Assembly (NCBI RefSeq): GCF_003334305.1
Contig: NZ_QOWS01000010.1
Length of the DNA stretch: 64,000 nt
Strand: one strand, 5' to 3'
From: Escherichia coli
Lineage (GTDB): Bacteria; Pseudomonadota; Gammaproteobacteria; Enterobacterales; Enterobacteriaceae
Shown one piece after another: positions 39,206 to 52,966 of this stretch. Positions within the stretch are counted from its first letter, which is position 1. Each line of letters begins with the position of its first letter. The notes beneath the pieces are model-generated. The model saw only the letters and a list, made by a program, of their open reading frames with translations, ran no database searches and was not told the origin of the DNA. A program made the position numbers and the translations under genes.

Positions 39206-39787
39206 ATGAATTTTTTAGCTCACCTGCATTTAGCCCATCTCGCGGAAAGCTCGCTTTCCGGCAATTTACTGGCTGATTTCGTACGCGGAAATCCTGAAGA
39301 AAGTTTTCCGCCCGACGTCGTGGCTGGCATTCATATGCATCGACGTATCGACGTATTAACCGACAATCTGCCGGAAGTCCGCGAAGCACGGGAATGGTTT
39401 CGTAGTGAAACTCGCCGCGTTGCGCCTATTACGCTGGATGTCATGTGGGATCACTTTCTTTCCCGCCACTGGTCGCAGCTGTCGCCGGACTTTCCGCTAC
39501 AGGAATTTGTCTGTTATGCCCGCGAGCAAGTGATGACGATTTTGCCGGACTCACCGCCACGTTTTATCAATCTGAACAATTACTTGTGGTCAGAGCAGTG
39601 GCTGGTGCGCTATCGCGATATGGATTTCATCCAGAACGTGTTAAACGGCATGGCAAGCCGCCGCCCACGTCTGGATGCCCTGCGTGACTCCTGGTACGAT
39701 TTAGACGCTCATTATGACGCCCTCGAAACCCGCTTCTGGCAGTTTTATCCGCGGATGATGGCGCAGGCGTCACACAAGGCGTTATAA
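39206..39787 (+). CDS. acpH: Acyl carrier protein phosphodiesterase
   Basis: 193-aa [56 protein letters not shown]. Confidence 0.97.
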
Positions 39788-39791
39788 AACG

Positions 39792-41606
39792 TTAGTTCAT
39801 CCATACCGTAGCCGAAATGGCAGGCAAAGCCAGAATCCCGTTTGTCAGTTGCCCATGGCCTTCTTTGCGTTGCCATTGCGCGACATTAAGAAACGGTGAC
39901 GCGGGGAGCACCACTTCACAGGCCTCGCCACGGTTGATTGCCACCAGTACACGTTGCTGATTCAGCACGCGGACAAATACCACTACGTTATCTTCCGCAT
40001 ACAGCACCTGACAGCCGCCACGACGCAGCGCCTGACTTTTCTTACGCAGCGCAATCATTCGCTGGTACAGCGCGAATAACGCCGTATCCTGCTTTTCCAC
40101 CTGCCAGGGGAACGGTTTACGGCAAAACGGATCGTTTTTGCCATCCAGTCCTACTTCATCACCGTAATAAATGCACGGTACACCAGGCCAGGTGAACAGC
40201 CAGACCACCGCCAGCGGCAGGCGCGCAATATCCCGACCGAGCAGCGTTTTAAATCGCGCAGTATCGTGGCTGTCGAGCTGATTAAACATACGTAATTGTT
40301 GTTGATGAGAAAGCCCTGCGCGGTAATTATCCATCCAGGCCATACAGGTTTGGGCATCAATTTGCTGCGGATCGTAAGAGATATCGGTATTGGCAAGAAA
40401 TCCCCACAACGGGAATGTGAAGCCACGATAGTTCATGGCGGCATCTTCCACATCGGCCTGTAACCATTGCCGTGCATCGCCAAAATGTTCGCCGACAATA
40501 TACGCTTCCGGCTGGGTTTCTTTCGCCGCTTCGGTGATCCCAGCAACGTGCTGCATATTATTGCGCGCCCCACCCGCCTCCCCCAGCATATGCACCACAT
40601 CCAGCCGCCAGCCGTCCATACTCCACGGCGCTTTCAGCCAATGGCGGACAATACTGTCTTCCCCGCGATAAATTTCATTCACCAGACTTTCCGACTGATA
40701 ATCCAGCTTCGGCAAGCTGGCATAGCCAAGCCAGTCGAGCGCCGTGCCATCATCACTAAACGAGTACCAGTCGCGCCAGGGCGATTCAGGGTTGTGACAA
40801 GCTCCCCCCGTGCCACGATTGTGCCTGTCAAACCAGGCATGGGAATCGCCACTGTGGTTAAACACGCCATCCAGCACCAGCCGCATTCCCAGCTGCTGCG
40901 TATTGTGGCGTAAGCGCAGCAACGCCCCATCACCGCCAAACTGCGGATCGACATGGCGATAATCCTCGGTATCGTATTTATGTACGCTGGGAGCTTTAAA
41001 CACCGGATTGAGATACAGCGCCGTCACGCCAAGCTTTTTCAGATACGGCAGTTTTTCGCTTATTCCGTCCAGATCGCCGCCATAGAACGTTGATCCGCCC
41101 GCCTGCGCCGTGACCGGTTCATCCCAGTCACGCAAGATGATCTCTTGTCCGGCTGCATGATGGTAATAGACATGATCCTGTTCAGCTTCACGAGGAAGAC
41201 TACGCGCAAAACGATCAGGGAAGATCTGATAAAAAATCTGATCCGCAGCCCATTGTGGGCCGATATCCGGTACATCGACGGCAAACTGCTCCAGTCGTGC
41301 CGGCGGCATTCGGCTGAAGCCCTGCGGTGTAAACCAACGCTGGCGATCGTGCCACAGCAGTTTGAAACTGTAACGCCGCCGGGGTTGTCCGCTGGAGAGA
41401 TCAATCGCCGCACGCCATGCGGTGACGCCAGGCTGCTGCTGACTGCGCTGCTTATGCATCGATACTGACATTTCTTCGTTATCGTGTTCTGTACGCAGCA
41501 TAATGCGCTGCGGTGGGTCTTCGCCCGTCAGCCACAGTGTAATGAGCAGTTGATCTTTGCTTTGTTTAACAAATGGGGGCACCGGCAGGTGCCATGCATT
41601 TAACAT
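39792..41606 (-). CDS. malZ: Maltodextrin glucosidase
   Basis: Start at [32 protein letters not shown] (604 aa); ORF-track frame has one extra upstream Met; GH13 alpha-amylase family. Confidence 0.95.
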   Translation of the reverse strand: MLNAWHLPVPPFVKQSKDQLLITLWLTGEDPPQRIMLRTEHDNEEMSVSMHKQRSQQQPGVTAWRAAIDLSSGQPRRRYSFKLLWHDRQRWFTPQGFSRMPPARLEQFAVDVPDIGPQWAADQIFYQIFPDRFARSLPREAEQDHVYYHHAAGQEIILRDWDEPVTAQAGGSTFYGGDLDGISEKLPYLKKLGVTALYLNPVFKAPSVHKYDTEDYRHVDPQFGGDGALLRLRHNTQQLGMRLVLDGVFNHSGDSHAWFDRHNRGTGGACHNPESPWRDWYSFSDDGTALDWLGYASLPKLDYQSESLVNEIYRGEDSIVRHWLKAPWSMDGWRLDVVHMLGEAGGARNNMQHVAGITEAAKETQPEAYIVGEHFGDARQWLQADVEDAAMNYRGFTFPLWGFLANTDISYDPQQIDAQTCMAWMDNYRAGLSHQQQLRMFNQLDSHDTARFKTLLGRDIARLPLAVVWLFTWPGVPCIYYGDEVGLDGKNDPFCRKPFPWQVEKQDTALFALYQRMIALRKKSQALRRGGCQVLYAEDNVVVFVRVLNQQRVLVAINRGEACEVVLPASPFLNVAQWQRKEGHGQLTNGILALPAISATVWMN

Positions 41607-41679
41607 CATAATTCCCCTGTGATGAAAATCTGATCACCTTGCCATAGCCTAATGCAGGATCACTCATCATCTGAAGGAT

Positions 41680-41745
41680 ATTTGGGGGAGGAGGACGGGG
41701 GCGGATAACTTTCGGAATAGCCGGATCAGGATTTCCTCCTGAACC
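41680..41745 (-). promoter_or_regulatory. malZ promoter region with MalT-box-like GGAGGA repeats
   Basis: GGGGGAGGAGGACGGGGG and TCCTCCTGA between malZ start and proY stop resemble MalT boxes (GGGGA(T/G)GAGG). Confidence 0.4.
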
Positions 41746-41764
41746 GGCTTACAGAACGCAAGGA

Positions 41765-43138
41765 TTACTGGTTTTCAGCCAGCTGACGATCGTGGCGGCG
41801 TTTAAACATCCAGCCAATCAACAGCACAACAATCCACGCGAAACCGACATACAGCGAGATACGCGTATCCGGGTGATAACCAATCAACCCGATAATAAAG
41901 AGCAGGAAAATCAAACCGCCGATGGTCGTTGCTACCCCACCCGGCACTTTAAATTTCAGCGCCTTAACTTCTTCTGGCGGCAAACGGCGACGGAAGGCAA
42001 TTTGCGACAGCAGGATCATAATCCACACCCACACCGTGGCGAAGGTTGCCAGCGAAGCGATCACCAGGAAGACGTTTTCCGGCATGATGTAGTTCAGATA
42101 CACCGCAAACAGCAGCGCGGTAGTCATCACCAGCACCGTAACCCACGGAATACCGCGACGCGACGTTTTGCTGAAAATTTTCGGTGCGCTGCCCTGCTCT
42201 GCCATACCGTGGAGCATACGGCCTACGCCAAATACGTCACTGTTAATTGCCGACAGCGAAGCGGTCAGCACAACAAAGTTAAGAATGCTGGCGGCAAAGG
42301 TAATGCCCATATGCTGGAACGTCAGCACGAACGGGCTACCGGCAGTGCCAACCTGATTCCACGGGTAAATAGACATAATGACGAACAGCGTACCGACGTA
42401 GAACACCAGAATACGCATCGGCACGGAGTTAATCGCACGCGGAATCGATTTCTCAGGATCTTTCGCTTCACCGGCGGTAATCCCGATAATTTCGATCCCA
42501 CCATAAGCAAACATCACCATTTGCAACGACATCACCATCCCAAGCCAGCCGTTACTGAAGAAGCCGCCGTTGCTCCACAGATTATGAATACCGGTCGGTT
42601 GCCCACCGTTGCCAATCCCCCAGATGATGATGCCGAAACCGGCGACAATCATGATGATGATGGTGGCGACTTTAAAGAACGAGAACCAGAATTCCAGCTC
42701 ACCGAATACCTTCACGCTCATCAGGTTTACGGCGCAAATGATCAGCACCACACTCAGTACCCAAATCCAGTGCGGCACCGTCGGGAACCAGACACCCATA
42801 TAGATACCAAAAGCGGTCACATCGGCGATGGCGACAATAAGGATTTCAAAGCAGTAGGTCCAGCCGGTAATGTAACCTGCCAGCGGGCCGAGGTTTTCCT
42901 GCGCATAACGCGAGAAAGAGCTGGCGGCCGGGTTATGTACCGACATTTCCCCCAGCGCACGCATAATGATATACGCCGCGATACCACCGATAATATAGGC
43001 CAACAACACGCTCGGACCGGCCATTTTGATGGCGTCTGCCGAACCGTAAAACAGCCCGGTGCCAATTGCTGAACCCAGTGCCATAAAGCGTATGTGGCGG
43101 GTACTTAGCCCACGCTTTAGCTTGTTCTTACTTTCCAT
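41765..43138 (-). CDS. proY: Proline-specific permease ProY (APC family)
   Basis: Start at [48 protein letters not shown] (457 aa). Confidence 0.95.
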   Translation of the reverse strand: MESKNKLKRGLSTRHIRFMALGSAIGTGLFYGSADAIKMAGPSVLLAYIIGGIAAYIIMRALGEMSVHNPAASSFSRYAQENLGPLAGYITGWTYCFEILIVAIADVTAFGIYMGVWFPTVPHWIWVLSVVLIICAVNLMSVKVFGELEFWFSFFKVATIIIMIVAGFGIIIWGIGNGGQPTGIHNLWSNGGFFSNGWLGMVMSLQMVMFAYGGIEIIGITAGEAKDPEKSIPRAINSVPMRILVFYVGTLFVIMSIYPWNQVGTAGSPFVLTFQHMGITFAASILNFVVLTASLSAINSDVFGVGRMLHGMAEQGSAPKIFSKTSRRGIPWVTVLVMTTALLFAVYLNYIMPENVFLVIASLATFATVWVWIMILLSQIAFRRRLPPEEVKALKFKVPGGVATTIGGLIFLLFIIGLIGYHPDTRISLYVGFAWIVVLLIGWMFKRRHDRQLAENQ

Positions 43139-43213
43139 CAATTCCTAACCCATCAACACAATAAAAAACCACGGGGCATCGCAGCCCCGTGGTTAAAACA
43201 AATGTTCAGTGAT

Positions 43214-44533
43214 TTAGTGAGCGCTGGAGGTCACCTGACGACCTGCCGCGCGATCCCAGATAATGGCCAGAACCACCATCACCACTGTTGGCATTAACCA
43301 CGCCAGACCTTGTTCGGCCAGCGGTAAACGCTGCGCCCAGGACGGTAAGATATCGCTGAATGCAGATGCTTTGATCCCGTCGAGAATACCAAAAAGCAGG
43401 CTGATAAACATCGGCGGAGCAATCACGCGGGACGAATTATGCCACCATGAGCGTGTAAAACTTAATACAACCAGTGCGATACACGGCGGATAAATAGCGG
43501 TCAGCACCGGTACGGAGATCTGGATCAGCTGGCTTAAGCCGAGGTTAGAAACCACCATCGAGAAGCCGCCGAGGATAAACACCAGCGTACGATAAGAGAG
43601 CGGTACGTACTGGGCAAAGAATTCTGCACAAGCACAGGTCAGGCCAACTGCCGTTACCAGGCAGGCGATGAAGATTAACGCCGCCAGCAGGAAGCTACCG
43701 CCGCCGCCAAAGGTGTGCTGAACGTAAGCATGCAGAATAGCAGCGCCGTTTGCAGACTGATCGACCAGCGACGCGCTGTCTGAACCCAGACGGAACAGCG
43801 CCAGGTACAGCAGAGTCAGACCAACACCCGCCATCAGGCCAGCCCAGACGGTATAACGGGTCAGCAGACGCGCTTCGGTAACGCCACGAGAACGCGCCGC
43901 GTTAACAATAACGATACCAAACACCATTGCGCCCAGCGTATCCATGGTCAGATAGCCGTTAACGAAGCCGTTAGAAAACGCAGCGTTTTGATAAGCCTCA
44001 GTCGCCGTGCTGATAGAACCCGCCGGCCAAACAATCGCGGCAACAGACAGGATGACCAGCGCGATAATTTTCAGCGGCGCAAGGAAGTTGCCCACGGTAT
44101 CCAGCAGCTTGCCCGGATAGAGCGAAACCAGAATAACGATAGCGAAATAGACCAGGCTGTAGATAAACAGCGGCAGCGCGGAATCACCAGTCAGCGGCGC
44201 AATCCCCACTTCAAAGGAAACGGTAGCTGTACGCGGCGTAGCGAAAAGCGGCCCCACCGCCAGGTAACAAACCGTTGCCAGCAGCACGCCAGCGACTTTA
44301 CCGATTGGCGTGCTGAGGCTGTCAACACCGCCGCCAACTTTTGCCAGCGCCACTACCGTTAATACCGGCAGGCCAACGGCAGTAATGAGGAAGCCGAATG
44401 CCGCAGTCCAGACGTGTTCGCCTGCCTGCAAGCCGACCATTGGAGGGAAAATAATGTTACCTGCGCCGACGAACAACGCAAATGTCATAAAGCCCAGAGC
44501 GATGATATCGCGCGATCTTAATTGATGGGTCAT
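43214..44533 (-). CDS. brnQ: Branched-chain amino acid transporter BrnQ (LIVCS family)
   Basis: 439-aa [60 protein letters not shown]. Confidence 0.97.
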   Translation of the reverse strand: MTHQLRSRDIIALGFMTFALFVGAGNIIFPPMVGLQAGEHVWTAAFGFLITAVGLPVLTVVALAKVGGGVDSLSTPIGKVAGVLLATVCYLAVGPLFATPRTATVSFEVGIAPLTGDSALPLFIYSLVYFAIVILVSLYPGKLLDTVGNFLAPLKIIALVILSVAAIVWPAGSISTATEAYQNAAFSNGFVNGYLTMDTLGAMVFGIVIVNAARSRGVTEARLLTRYTVWAGLMAGVGLTLLYLALFRLGSDSASLVDQSANGAAILHAYVQHTFGGGGSFLLAALIFIACLVTAVGLTCACAEFFAQYVPLSYRTLVFILGGFSMVVSNLGLSQLIQISVPVLTAIYPPCIALVVLSFTRSWWHNSSRVIAPPMFISLLFGILDGIKASAFSDILPSWAQRLPLAEQGLAWLMPTVVMVVLAIIWDRAAGRQVTSSAH

Positions 44534-44939
44534 AAATCATACTGCCTGTGGATGTGGTGTTGTAACGTTAAATTTTTGTGCCAATCCCTGGGGATGATAC
44601 AGCGGTATATTTAAACAATTTTAGCGGGAAATACTCCCAACCAGGCGCGGCGAAGAATAGTTTTTCGATTTACCGCGTTAATGCAGTCAGTATGACAGCA
44701 CCTGAAGCGCAATTTAAACGCTTATAACGTTTTAAAGCAAGGAGGGATCTAAAAACCAGAGGTATATAGCGATAAGAAATCACCAACCAGTATAAAACAC
44801 TATTTCCGTGAAAAAGACATGGCTAATCATGCGAACAAAAAATCACCAACCGTTGTAAAATCTAACGCCCGTATTTTGACTGCAAAGAAAATAAGCCAGC
44901 ATCGGCTGGCTTATGGCAATAAAAGATGACAAAGGCGGA

Positions 44940-46235
44940 TTAATCGCTGTTTTTGGCAATTAAACGTTCCGGGATAACAAAACTGAAACGTGTTCCTTTT
45001 CCTACTGTACTCTCAATATTCAGGCGACTTTCGTGATGATTCACAGCATGTTTCACGATCGCTAACCCTAATCCGCTACCGCCGGTTTGCCGGGAACGCG
45101 CTTTATCAACGCGATAAAAACGCTCGGTCAGGCGCGGAATATGCTCCGCTGCAATGCCCGGTCCGTTATCTTCAACGCTAAATTCGGCACCGTGCGGCAC
45201 TCGCTGCCAGCGTACGGTGATATGCGTGCCTTCTGGAGTATGATTCACGGCGTTATAGACCAGGTTCGAAATCGCACTGCGTAGCTGATCTTCGTTGCCA
45301 GACACTTTGAGGCCGTTATCTATCTCAAAGGTAAATGTCTGTTTTTTCTGACTCAGAGTCTGAGCCTCACGCTCAACAACGCGCAGCATCATCGGCACAT
45401 CAACCTTTTCATTGAGCAAATGCGTCGGTGCGGCTTCTATTTTCGACAGCGTCAGCAACTGCTTCACCAGCCCTTCCATCCGCTGGGTCTGCTCGCGCAT
45501 GGTGTGCAACGCTTTTTCGCGTACCGCGCCTTCCAGCGGCTGCTCATCCATCATCTCCAGGTAACCCTGTAACACGGTCAATGGCGTACGTAACTCATGG
45601 CTCACGTTGGCAAAAAAGTTACGCCGCGCCCCTTCCAGTTGATGCATTTGCGTGACATCACGCGCCACCATCAGCAACTGTTTGTGGGTATAAGGCATGA
45701 CGCGAATTTCCAGATGCCGCCCGGTGTTGAGCACCAGATTGAGCGGGCGAGAAAAATCACGCGTTTTCAGATATTGCGTAAACTCCGGGTAACGCAGCAG
45801 GTTAAGGATGTTCTGCCCGTTATCTTCCGGCCAGCGCAAACCAAGAATCTGTTGCGCCAGACCGTTACACCAGAAAATACCGCCCTCTTCCGTGGTCAGC
45901 ACCACTGCGTCGGGCAGCGACTCCGCGCCGCTACGAAAGCGTTTAATCAGATTGCCCAGTTCACGGCGGCGTTTTTTATTTCGCAGCTGCATCTGGTGTA
46001 AGCCGTATAGTAGCGGTTCCCAGCTACCACGCCCCGGTGGCGGGGTCATACTACGATCCACCCACAGCCACCATGAAAGGCGCAATAAATTCCAGAAATG
46101 CCAGATAAGCAGTCCCGTTACCGATGCCAGCAAAAACCAGGGCAGGTAACCAAAAAATGCACCCAGGATGAAAGCCGGGAGGCAGCAAAGTAACAGCTCC
46201 AGCACCAGCCTTTTCCACGACAGCCGTTCCAGCAC
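44940..46235 (-). CDS. phoR: Phosphate-regulon sensor histidine kinase PhoR
   Basis: 431-aa [61 protein letters not shown]; H-box SHELRTPL. Confidence 0.98.
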   Translation of the reverse strand: MLERLSWKRLVLELLLCCLPAFILGAFFGYLPWFLLASVTGLLIWHFWNLLRLSWWLWVDRSMTPPPGRGSWEPLLYGLHQMQLRNKKRRRELGNLIKRFRSGAESLPDAVVLTTEEGGIFWCNGLAQQILGLRWPEDNGQNILNLLRYPEFTQYLKTRDFSRPLNLVLNTGRHLEIRVMPYTHKQLLMVARDVTQMHQLEGARRNFFANVSHELRTPLTVLQGYLEMMDEQPLEGAVREKALHTMREQTQRMEGLVKQLLTLSKIEAAPTHLLNEKVDVPMMLRVVEREAQTLSQKKQTFTFEIDNGLKVSGNEDQLRSAISNLVYNAVNHTPEGTHITVRWQRVPHGAEFSVEDNGPGIAAEHIPRLTERFYRVDKARSRQTGGSGLGLAIVKHAVNHHESRLNIESTVGKGTRFSFVIPERLIAKNSD

Positions 46236-46292
46236 GTAAGATACTCCAGTTAAGAAATCATAAGCCCTGCTCTGCGTCCGATGAGCAAGGCG

Positions 46293-46982
46293 TTAAAAGC
46301 GGGTTGAAAAACGATATCCTGTACCGCGCACGGTCTGCACCATGCGGTCATGCCCGCCGGGCTCCAGTGCTTTACGCAGGCGACGAATGTGGACATCGAC
46401 CGTGCGGTCTTCCACATACACGTTAGTTCCCCAGACGTGGTTTAACAGCTGCTCGCGGCTGTACACGCGCTCAGGATGCGTCATAAAAAAGTGCAGCAGT
46501 TTAAATTCTGTCGGCCCCATCTCCAGCGGCTCTTCGCCCGCCATCACCCGGTGAGATGTCGGGTCGAGACTTAATCCCTGCATCTCAATCACCTCTTCCA
46601 CCGCCATTGGCGAAATACGGCGCATTACCGCTTTGATTCGCGCCACCAGCTCCTTCGGCGAAAACGGCTTGGTGATATAGTCATCCGCGCCGGTTTCAAG
46701 GCCGCGCACGCGATCTTCTTCTTCCCCTCTGGCGGTCAACATCACCACTGGAATATCCCGGGTCATCGACTCGCGCTTGAGGTGTTTGATGAACTGGATA
46801 CCGGAGCCGCCAGGTAACATCCAGTCAAGGAGAATTAAATCCGGCCAGGGTTCATTCAGTTGATTCACAGCACTGTCATAATCTTCCGCTTCGACCGGCT
46901 GAAAGCCATTTTGTTCGAGCACGAAGCAGACCATTTCGCGAATTGGAGCTTCATCTTCTACGACCAGAATACGTCTCGCCAT
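46293..46982 (-). CDS. phoB: Phosphate-regulon response regulator PhoB
   Basis: 229-aa [64 protein letters not shown]. Confidence 0.98.
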
Positions 46983-47029
46983 GATTTGCCCTGTTGTAAT
47001 AAATAGGTTGCGATCATTAATGCGACGTC

Positions 47030-47064
47030 ATTATGCGTCAGATTTATGACAGATTTATGAAAAG
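47030..47064 (-). promoter_or_regulatory. Pho box (PhoB binding site) of the phoB promoter
   Basis: Minus strand reads TTTTCATAAATCTGTCATAAATCTGACGCATAATGACG, tandem CTGTCATA(A/T)A(T/A)CTGT-type repeats ~50-80 bp upstream of phoB. Confidence 0.7.
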
Positions 47065-47171
47065 CTCGTCGCACATATCTTCAGGTTATTGATTTCCGTG
47101 GCGCAGAAAAAAGCAAATGGCACATCTGTTTGGGTATAATCGCGCCCATGCTTTTTCGCCAGGGAATCGTT

Positions 47172-48374
47172 ATGCGCATCCTTCACACCTCAGACTGGCA
47201 TCTCGGCCAGAACTTCTACAGTAAAAGCCGCGAAGCTGAACATCAGGCTTTTCTTGACTGGCTGCTGGAAACAGCACAAACCCATCAGGTGGATGCGATT
47301 ATTGTTGCTGGTGATGTTTTCGATACCGGCTCGCCGCCCAGTTACGCCCGCACGTTATACAACCGTTTTGTTGTCAATTTACAGCAAACTGGCTGTCATC
47401 TGGTGGTACTGGCAGGAAACCATGACTCGGTCGCCACGCTGAATGAATCGCGCGATATCATGGCGTTCCTCAATACGACCGTGGTCGCCAGCGCCGGACA
47501 TGCGCCGCAAATCTTGCCTCGTCGCGACGGGACGCCAGGCGCAGTGCTGTGCCCCATTCCGTTTTTACGTCCGCGTGACATTATTACCAGCCAGGCGGGG
47601 CTTAACGGTATTGAAAAACAGCAGCATTTACTGGCAGCGATTACCGATTATTACCAACAACAATATGCCGATGCCTGCAAACTGCGCGGCGATCAGCCTC
47701 TGCCCATCATCGCCACGGGACACTTAACGACCGTGGGTGCCAGTAAAAGTGACGCCGTGCGTGACATTTATATTGGCACGCTGGACGCGTTTCCAGCACA
47801 AAACTTTCCACCAGCCGACTACATCGCGCTCGGGCATATTCACCGCGCACAGATTATTGGCGGCATGGAACATGTTCGCTATTGCGGCTCTCCCATTCCA
47901 CTGAGTTTTGATGAATGCGGAAAGAGTAAATATGTCCATCTGGTGACATTTTCAAACGGCAAATTAGAGAGCGTGGAAAACCTGAACGTACCGGTAACGC
48001 AACCCATGGCGGTGCTGAAAGGCGATCTGGCGTCGATTACCGCACAGCTGGAACAGTGGCGCGATGTATCACAGGAGCCGCCTGTCTGGCTGGATATCGA
48101 AATCACTACTGATGAGTATCTGCATGATATTCAGCGCAAAATCCAGGCATTAACCGAATCATTGCCTGTTGAAGTATTGCTGGTACGCCGGAGTCGTGAA
48201 CAGCGCGAGCGTGTGTTAGCCAGCCAACAGCGTGAAACCCTCAGCGAACTCAGCGTCGAAGAGGTGTTCAATCGCCGTCTGGCACTGGAAGAACTGGATG
48301 AATCGCAGCAGCAACGTCTGCAGCATCTTTTCACCACGACGTTGCATACCCTCGCCGGAGAACACGAAGCATGA
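47172..48374 (+). CDS. sbcD: Nuclease SbcCD subunit D (Mre11-like)
   Basis: Start at [51 protein letters not shown] (400 aa) within the 414-aa frame. Confidence 0.93.
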   Translation: MRILHTSDWHLGQNFYSKSREAEHQAFLDWLLETAQTHQVDAIIVAGDVFDTGSPPSYARTLYNRFVVNLQQTGCHLVVLAGNHDSVATLNESRDIMAFLNTTVVASAGHAPQILPRRDGTPGAVLCPIPFLRPRDIITSQAGLNGIEKQQHLLAAITDYYQQQYADACKLRGDQPLPIIATGHLTTVGASKSDAVRDIYIGTLDAFPAQNFPPADYIALGHIHRAQIIGGMEHVRYCGSPIPLSFDECGKSKYVHLVTFSNGKLESVENLNVPVTQPMAVLKGDLASITAQLEQWRDVSQEPPVWLDIEITTDEYLHDIQRKIQALTESLPVEVLLVRRSREQRERVLASQQRETLSELSVEEVFNRRLALEELDESQQQRLQHLFTTTLHTLAGEHEA

Positions 48375-51300
48375 AAATTCTCAGCCTGCGCCTGAAAAAC
48401 CTGAACTCATTAAAAGGCGAATGGAAGATTGATTTCACCCGCGAGCCGTTCGCCAGCAACGGGCTGTTTGCTATTACCGGCCCAACAGGTGCGGGGAAAA
48501 CCACCCTGCTGGACGCCATTTGTCTGGCGCTGTATCACGAAACTCCGCGTCTCTCTAACGTTTCACAATCGCAAAATGATCTCATGACCCGCGATACCGC
48601 CGAATGTCTGGCGGAGGTGGAGTTTGAAGTGAAAGGTGAAGCGTACCGTGCATTCTGGAGCCAGAATCGGGCGCGTAACCAACCCGACGGTAATTTGCAG
48701 GTGCCACGCGTAGAGCTGGCGCGCTGCGCCGACGGCAAAATTCTCGCCGACAAAGTGAAAGATAAGCTGGAACTGACAGCGACGTTAACCGGGCTGGATT
48801 ACGGGCGCTTCACCCGTTCGATGCTGCTTTCGCAGGGGCAATTTGCTGCCTTCCTGAATGCCAAACCCAAAGAACGCGCGGAATTGCTCGAGGAGTTAAC
48901 CGGCACTGAAATCTACGGGCAAATCTCGGCGATGGTTTTTGAGCAGCACAAATCGGCCCGCACAGAGCTGGAGAAGCTGCAAGCGCAGGCCAGCGGCGTC
49001 GCGTTGCTCACGCCGGAACAAGTGCAATCGCTGACAGCGAGTTTGCAGGTACTTACTGACGAAGAAAAACAGTTACTTACCGCGCAGCAGCAAGAACAAC
49101 AATCACTAAACTGGTTAACGCGTCTGGACGAATTGCAGCAAGAAGCCAGCCGCCGTCAGCAGGCCTTGCAACAGGCGTTAGCCGAAGAAGAAAAAGCGCA
49201 ACCTCAACTGGCGGCGCTCAGTCTGGCACAACCGGCACGAAATCTTCGTCCGCACTGGGAACGCATCGCAGAACACAGCGCGGCGCTGGCGCATACTCGC
49301 CAGCAGATTGAAGAAGTAAATACTCGCTTACAGAGCACAATGGCGCTTCGCGCGAGCATTCGCCACCACGCGGCGAATCAGTCAGCAGAATTACAGCAGC
49401 AGCAACAAAGCCTGAATACCTGGTTACAGGAACACGACCGCTTCCGTCAGTGGAACAACGAACTGGCGGGTTGGCGTGCGCAGTTCTCCCAACAAACCAG
49501 CGATCGCGAGCATCTGCGGCAATGGCAGCAACAGTTAACCCATGCTGAGCAAAAACTTAATACGCTTGCGGCGATCACGTTGACGTTAACCGCCGATGAA
49601 GTTGCTAGCGCCCTGGCGCAACATGCCGAGCAACGCCCACTGCGTCAGCGCCTGGTCGCGCTGCATGGGCAGATTGTTCCCCAACAAAAACGTCTGGCGC
49701 AGTTAATGGTCACTATCCAGAATGTCACTCTGGAACAGACGCAACGTAATGTCGCACTTAACGAAATGCGCCAGCGTTATAAAGAAAAGACGCAGCAACT
49801 TGCCGATGTGAAAACCATTTGCGAGCAGGAAGCGCGCATCAAAACGCTGGAAGCCCAGCGTGCACAGTTACAGGCGGGTCAGCCTTGTCCACTTTGTGGT
49901 TCCACCAGCCATCCGGCGGTCGAGGCGTATCAGGCGCTGGAGCCTGGCGTTAATCAGTCTCGATTACTGGCGCTGGAAAACGAAGTTAAAAAGCTCGGCG
50001 AAGAAGGTGCGGCGCTGCGCGGGCAACTGGATGCATTAACGAAGCAGCTTCAGCGCGATGAAAACGAAGCGCAAAGCCTCCGACAAGATGAGCAAGCACT
50101 TACTCAACAATGGCAAGCCGTCACGGCCAGCCTCAATATCACCTTGCAGCCACAGGACGATATTCAACCGTGGCTGGATGCACAAGATAAGCACGAACGC
50201 CAGCTGCGGTTACTCAGCCAACGACATGAATTACAAGGGCAGATTGCCGCGCATAATCAGCAAATTATCCAGTATCAACAGCAAATTGAACAACGCCAGC
50301 AGCAGCTCTTAACGGCATTGGCGGGTTATGCACTGACATTGCCACAGGAAGATGAAGAAGAGAGCTGGTTGGCGACACGTCAGCAAGAAGCGCAGAGCTG
50401 GCAGCAACGCCAGAACGAATTAACCGCGCTGCAAAACCGTATTCAGCAGCTGACGCCGATTCTGGAAACGTTGCCGCAAAGTGATGATCTCCCGCACAGC
50501 GAAGAAACTGTGGCGCTGGATAACTGGCGGCAGGTTCATGAACAATGTCTCGCATTACACAGCCAGCAGCAGACGTTACAGCAACAGGATGTTCTGGCGG
50601 CGCAAAGTCTGCAAAAAGCCCAGGCGCAGTTTGACACCGCGCTACAGGCCAGCGTCTTTGACGATCAGCAGGCGTTCCTTGCGGCGCTAATGGATGAACA
50701 AACACTAACGCAGCTGGAACAGCTCAAGCAGAATCTGGAAAACCAGCGCCGTCAGGCGCAAACGCTGGTCACTCAGACAGCAGAAACGCTGGCACAGCAT
50801 CAACAACACCGACCTGACGGGTTGGCTCTCACTGTGACGGTGGAGCAGATTCAGCAAGAGTTAGCGCAAACTCACCAAAAGTTGCGTGAAAACACCACGA
50901 GTCAAGGCGAGATTCGCCAGCAGCTGAAGCAGGATGCAGATAACCGTCAGCAACAACAAACCTTAATGCAGCAAATTGCTCAAATGACGCAGCAGGTTGA
51001 GGACTGGGGATATCTGAATTCGCTAATAGGTTCCAAAGAGGGCGATAAATTCCGCAAGTTTGCCCAGGGGCTGACGCTGGATAATTTAGTCCATCTCGCT
51101 AATCAGCAACTTACCCGGCTGCACGGGCGCTATCTGTTACAGCGCAAAGCCAGCGAGGCGCTGGAAGTCGAGGTTGTTGATACCTGGCAGGCAGATGCGG
51201 TACGCGATACCCGTACCCTTTCCGGCGGCGAAAGTTTCCTCGTTAGTCTGGCGCTGGCGCTGGCGCTTTCGGATCTGGTCAGCCATAAAACACGTATTGA

Positions 51301-51514
51301 CTCGCTGTTCCTTGATGAAGGTTTTGGCACGCTGGATAGCGAAACGCTGGATACCGCCCTTGATGCGCTGGATGCCCTGAACGCCAGTGGCAAAACCATC
51401 GGTGTGATTAGCCACGTAGAAGCGATGAAAGAGCGTATTCCGGTGCAGATCAAAGTGAAAAAGATCAACGGCCTGGGCTACAGCAAACTGGAAAGTACGT
51501 TTGCAGTGAAATAA
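48371..51514 (+). CDS. sbcC: Nuclease SbcCD subunit C (Rad50-like SMC ATPase)
   Basis: 1047-aa [64 protein letters not shown]; long Q-rich coiled coil, CPLC zinc hook, C-terminal [18 protein letters not shown]; ATGA overlap with sbcD. Confidence 0.97.
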   Translation: MKILSLRLKNLNSLKGEWKIDFTREPFASNGLFAITGPTGAGKTTLLDAICLALYHETPRLSNVSQSQNDLMTRDTAECLAEVEFEVKGEAYRAFWSQNRARNQPDGNLQVPRVELARCADGKILADKVKDKLELTATLTGLDYGRFTRSMLLSQGQFAAFLNAKPKERAELLEELTGTEIYGQISAMVFEQHKSARTELEKLQAQASGVALLTPEQVQSLTASLQVLTDEEKQLLTAQQQEQQSLNWLTRLDELQQEASRRQQALQQALAEEEKAQPQLAALSLAQPARNLRPHWERIAEHSAALAHTRQQIEEVNTRLQSTMALRASIRHHAANQSAELQQQQQSLNTWLQEHDRFRQWNNELAGWRAQFSQQTSDREHLRQWQQQLTHAEQKLNTLAAITLTLTADEVASALAQHAEQRPLRQRLVALHGQIVPQQKRLAQLMVTIQNVTLEQTQRNVALNEMRQRYKEKTQQLADVKTICEQEARIKTLEAQRAQLQAGQPCPLCGSTSHPAVEAYQALEPGVNQSRLLALENEVKKLGEEGAALRGQLDALTKQLQRDENEAQSLRQDEQALTQQWQAVTASLNITLQPQDDIQPWLDAQDKHERQLRLLSQRHELQGQIAAHNQQIIQYQQQIEQRQQQLLTALAGYALTLPQEDEEESWLATRQQEAQSWQQRQNELTALQNRIQQLTPILETLPQSDDLPHSEETVALDNWRQVHEQCLALHSQQQTLQQQDVLAAQSLQKAQAQFDTALQASVFDDQQAFLAALMDEQTLTQLEQLKQNLENQRRQAQTLVTQTAETLAQHQQHRPDGLALTVTVEQIQQELAQTHQKLRENTTSQGEIRQQLKQDADNRQQQQTLMQQIAQMTQQVEDWGYLNSLIGSKEGDKFRKFAQGLTLDNLVHLANQQLTRLHGRYLLQRKASEALEVEVVDTWQADAVRDTRTLSGGESFLVSLALALALSDLVSHKTRIDSLFLDEGFGTLDSETLDTALDALDALNASGKTIGVISHVEAMKERIPVQIKVKKINGLGYSKLESTFAVK

Positions 51515-51639
51515 CTATTCAGCAGGATAATGAATACAGAGGGGCGAATTATCTCTTGGCCTTGCTGGTCGTTATCCTGCAAGCTATCACTTTATTGGCT
51601 ACGGTGATTGGTAGCCGTTCTGGTGGTTGTGATGGTGGT

Positions 51640-52824
51640 ATGAAAAAAGTCATTTTATCTTTGGCTCTGGGCACGTTTGGTTTGGGGATGGCCGAATTTG
51701 GCATTATGGGCGTGCTCACGGAGCTGGCGCATAACGTAGGAATTTCGATTCCTGCTGCCGGGCATATGATCTCGTATTATGCACTGGGGGTGGTGGTCGG
51801 TGCGCCAATCATCGCACTCTTTTCCAGCCGCTACTCACTCAAACATATCTTGTTGTTTCTGGTGGCGTTGTGCGTCATTGGCAACGCCATGTTCACGCTC
51901 TCTTCGTCTTACCTGATGCTCGCCATTGGTCGGCTGGTATCCGGCTTTCCGCATGGCGCATTTTTTGGCGTCGGAGCGATCGTGTTATCAAAAATTATCA
52001 AACCCGGAAAAGTCACCGCCGCCGTGGCGGGGATGGTTTCCGGGATGACAGTCGCCAATTTGCTGGGCATTCCGCTGGGAACGTATTTAAGTCAGGAATT
52101 TAGCTGGCGTTACACCTTTTTATTGATCGCTGTTTTTAATATTGCGGTGATGGCATCGGTCTATTTTTGGGTGCCGGATATTCGCGACGAGGCGAAAGGA
52201 AAGCTGCGCGAACAATTTCACTTTTTGCGCAGCCCGGCCCCGTGGTTAATTTTCGCCGCCACCATGTTTGGCAACGCAGGTGTGTTTGCCTGGTTCAGCT
52301 ACGTAAAGCCATACATGATGTTTATTTCCGGTTTTTCGGAAACGGCGATGACCTTTATTATGATGTTAGTTGGGCTAGGGATGGTGCTGGGAAATATGCT
52401 AAGTGGCAGGATTTCAGGACGTTATTCACCACTGCGCATTGCAGCAGTGACTGACTTTATAATTGTACTGGCACTGCTGATGCTCTTTTTCTGCGGCGGC
52501 ATGAAAACAACGTCGCTTATTTTTGCTTTTATTTGTTGCGCGGGATTATTTGCCCTTTCAGCACCGCTACAAATATTGTTACTACAAAACGCCAAAGGCG
52601 GAGAGTTATTAGGTGCCGCAGGTGGGCAAATAGCGTTTAACCTCGGTAGCGCCGTCGGCGCATATTGCGGTGGTATGATGCTGACGCTGGGGCTGGCATA
52701 TAATTACGTGGCGCTGCCTGCCGCCCTGCTTTCGTTTGCTGCGATGTCGTCGTTGCTGCTGTATGGTCGCTATAAGCGCCAGCAAGCGGCGGATAGTCCG
52801 GTGCTGGCGAAACCACTGGGGTAG
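51640..52824 (+). CDS. araJ: MFS transporter AraJ
   Basis: Start at MKKVILSLALGTFGLGMAEFGIMGVLTELAHNVGISIPAAGHMISYYALG (394 aa) within the 422-aa frame. Confidence 0.9.
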   Translation: MKKVILSLALGTFGLGMAEFGIMGVLTELAHNVGISIPAAGHMISYYALGVVVGAPIIALFSSRYSLKHILLFLVALCVIGNAMFTLSSSYLMLAIGRLVSGFPHGAFFGVGAIVLSKIIKPGKVTAAVAGMVSGMTVANLLGIPLGTYLSQEFSWRYTFLLIAVFNIAVMASVYFWVPDIRDEAKGKLREQFHFLRSPAPWLIFAATMFGNAGVFAWFSYVKPYMMFISGFSETAMTFIMMLVGLGMVLGNMLSGRISGRYSPLRIAAVTDFIIVLALLMLFFCGGMKTTSLIFAFICCAGLFALSAPLQILLLQNAKGGELLGAAGGQIAFNLGSAVGAYCGGMMLTLGLAYNYVALPAALLSFAAMSSLLLYGRYKRQQAADSPVLAKPLG

Positions 52825-52849
52825 GTTATAGTCTCGGTGCTCATTACTT

Positions 52850-52945
52850 ATTGCCGGATGCGGCGTGAACGCCTTATCCGCCCTACGCGGTTCTGGCACA
52901 TTTTGCAGGCCTGATAAGACGCGGCAAGCGTCGCATCAGGCATGA
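52850..52945. repeat. REP/BIME element (two inverted REP units)
   Basis: TGCCGGATGCGGCGTGAACGCCTTATCCGCCCTAC ... GCAGGCCTGATAAGACGCGGCAAGCGTCGCATCAGGCATG between araJ and mak stops. Confidence 0.7.
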
Positions 52946-52966
52946 TGCGCCAATTGCCTACGTTTT

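Noticed and set aside
41792-43072. 426-aa ORF on the + strand
   Set aside because: Antisense within proY; H/R-rich translation; shadow ORF
48371-51514. Repetitive Q-rich sequence (QQQ, LQQ runs) in sbcC, considered as a possible repeat array
   Set aside because: This is the coiled-coil arm of the SMC-like SbcC protein, not a DNA repeat element or CRISPR array
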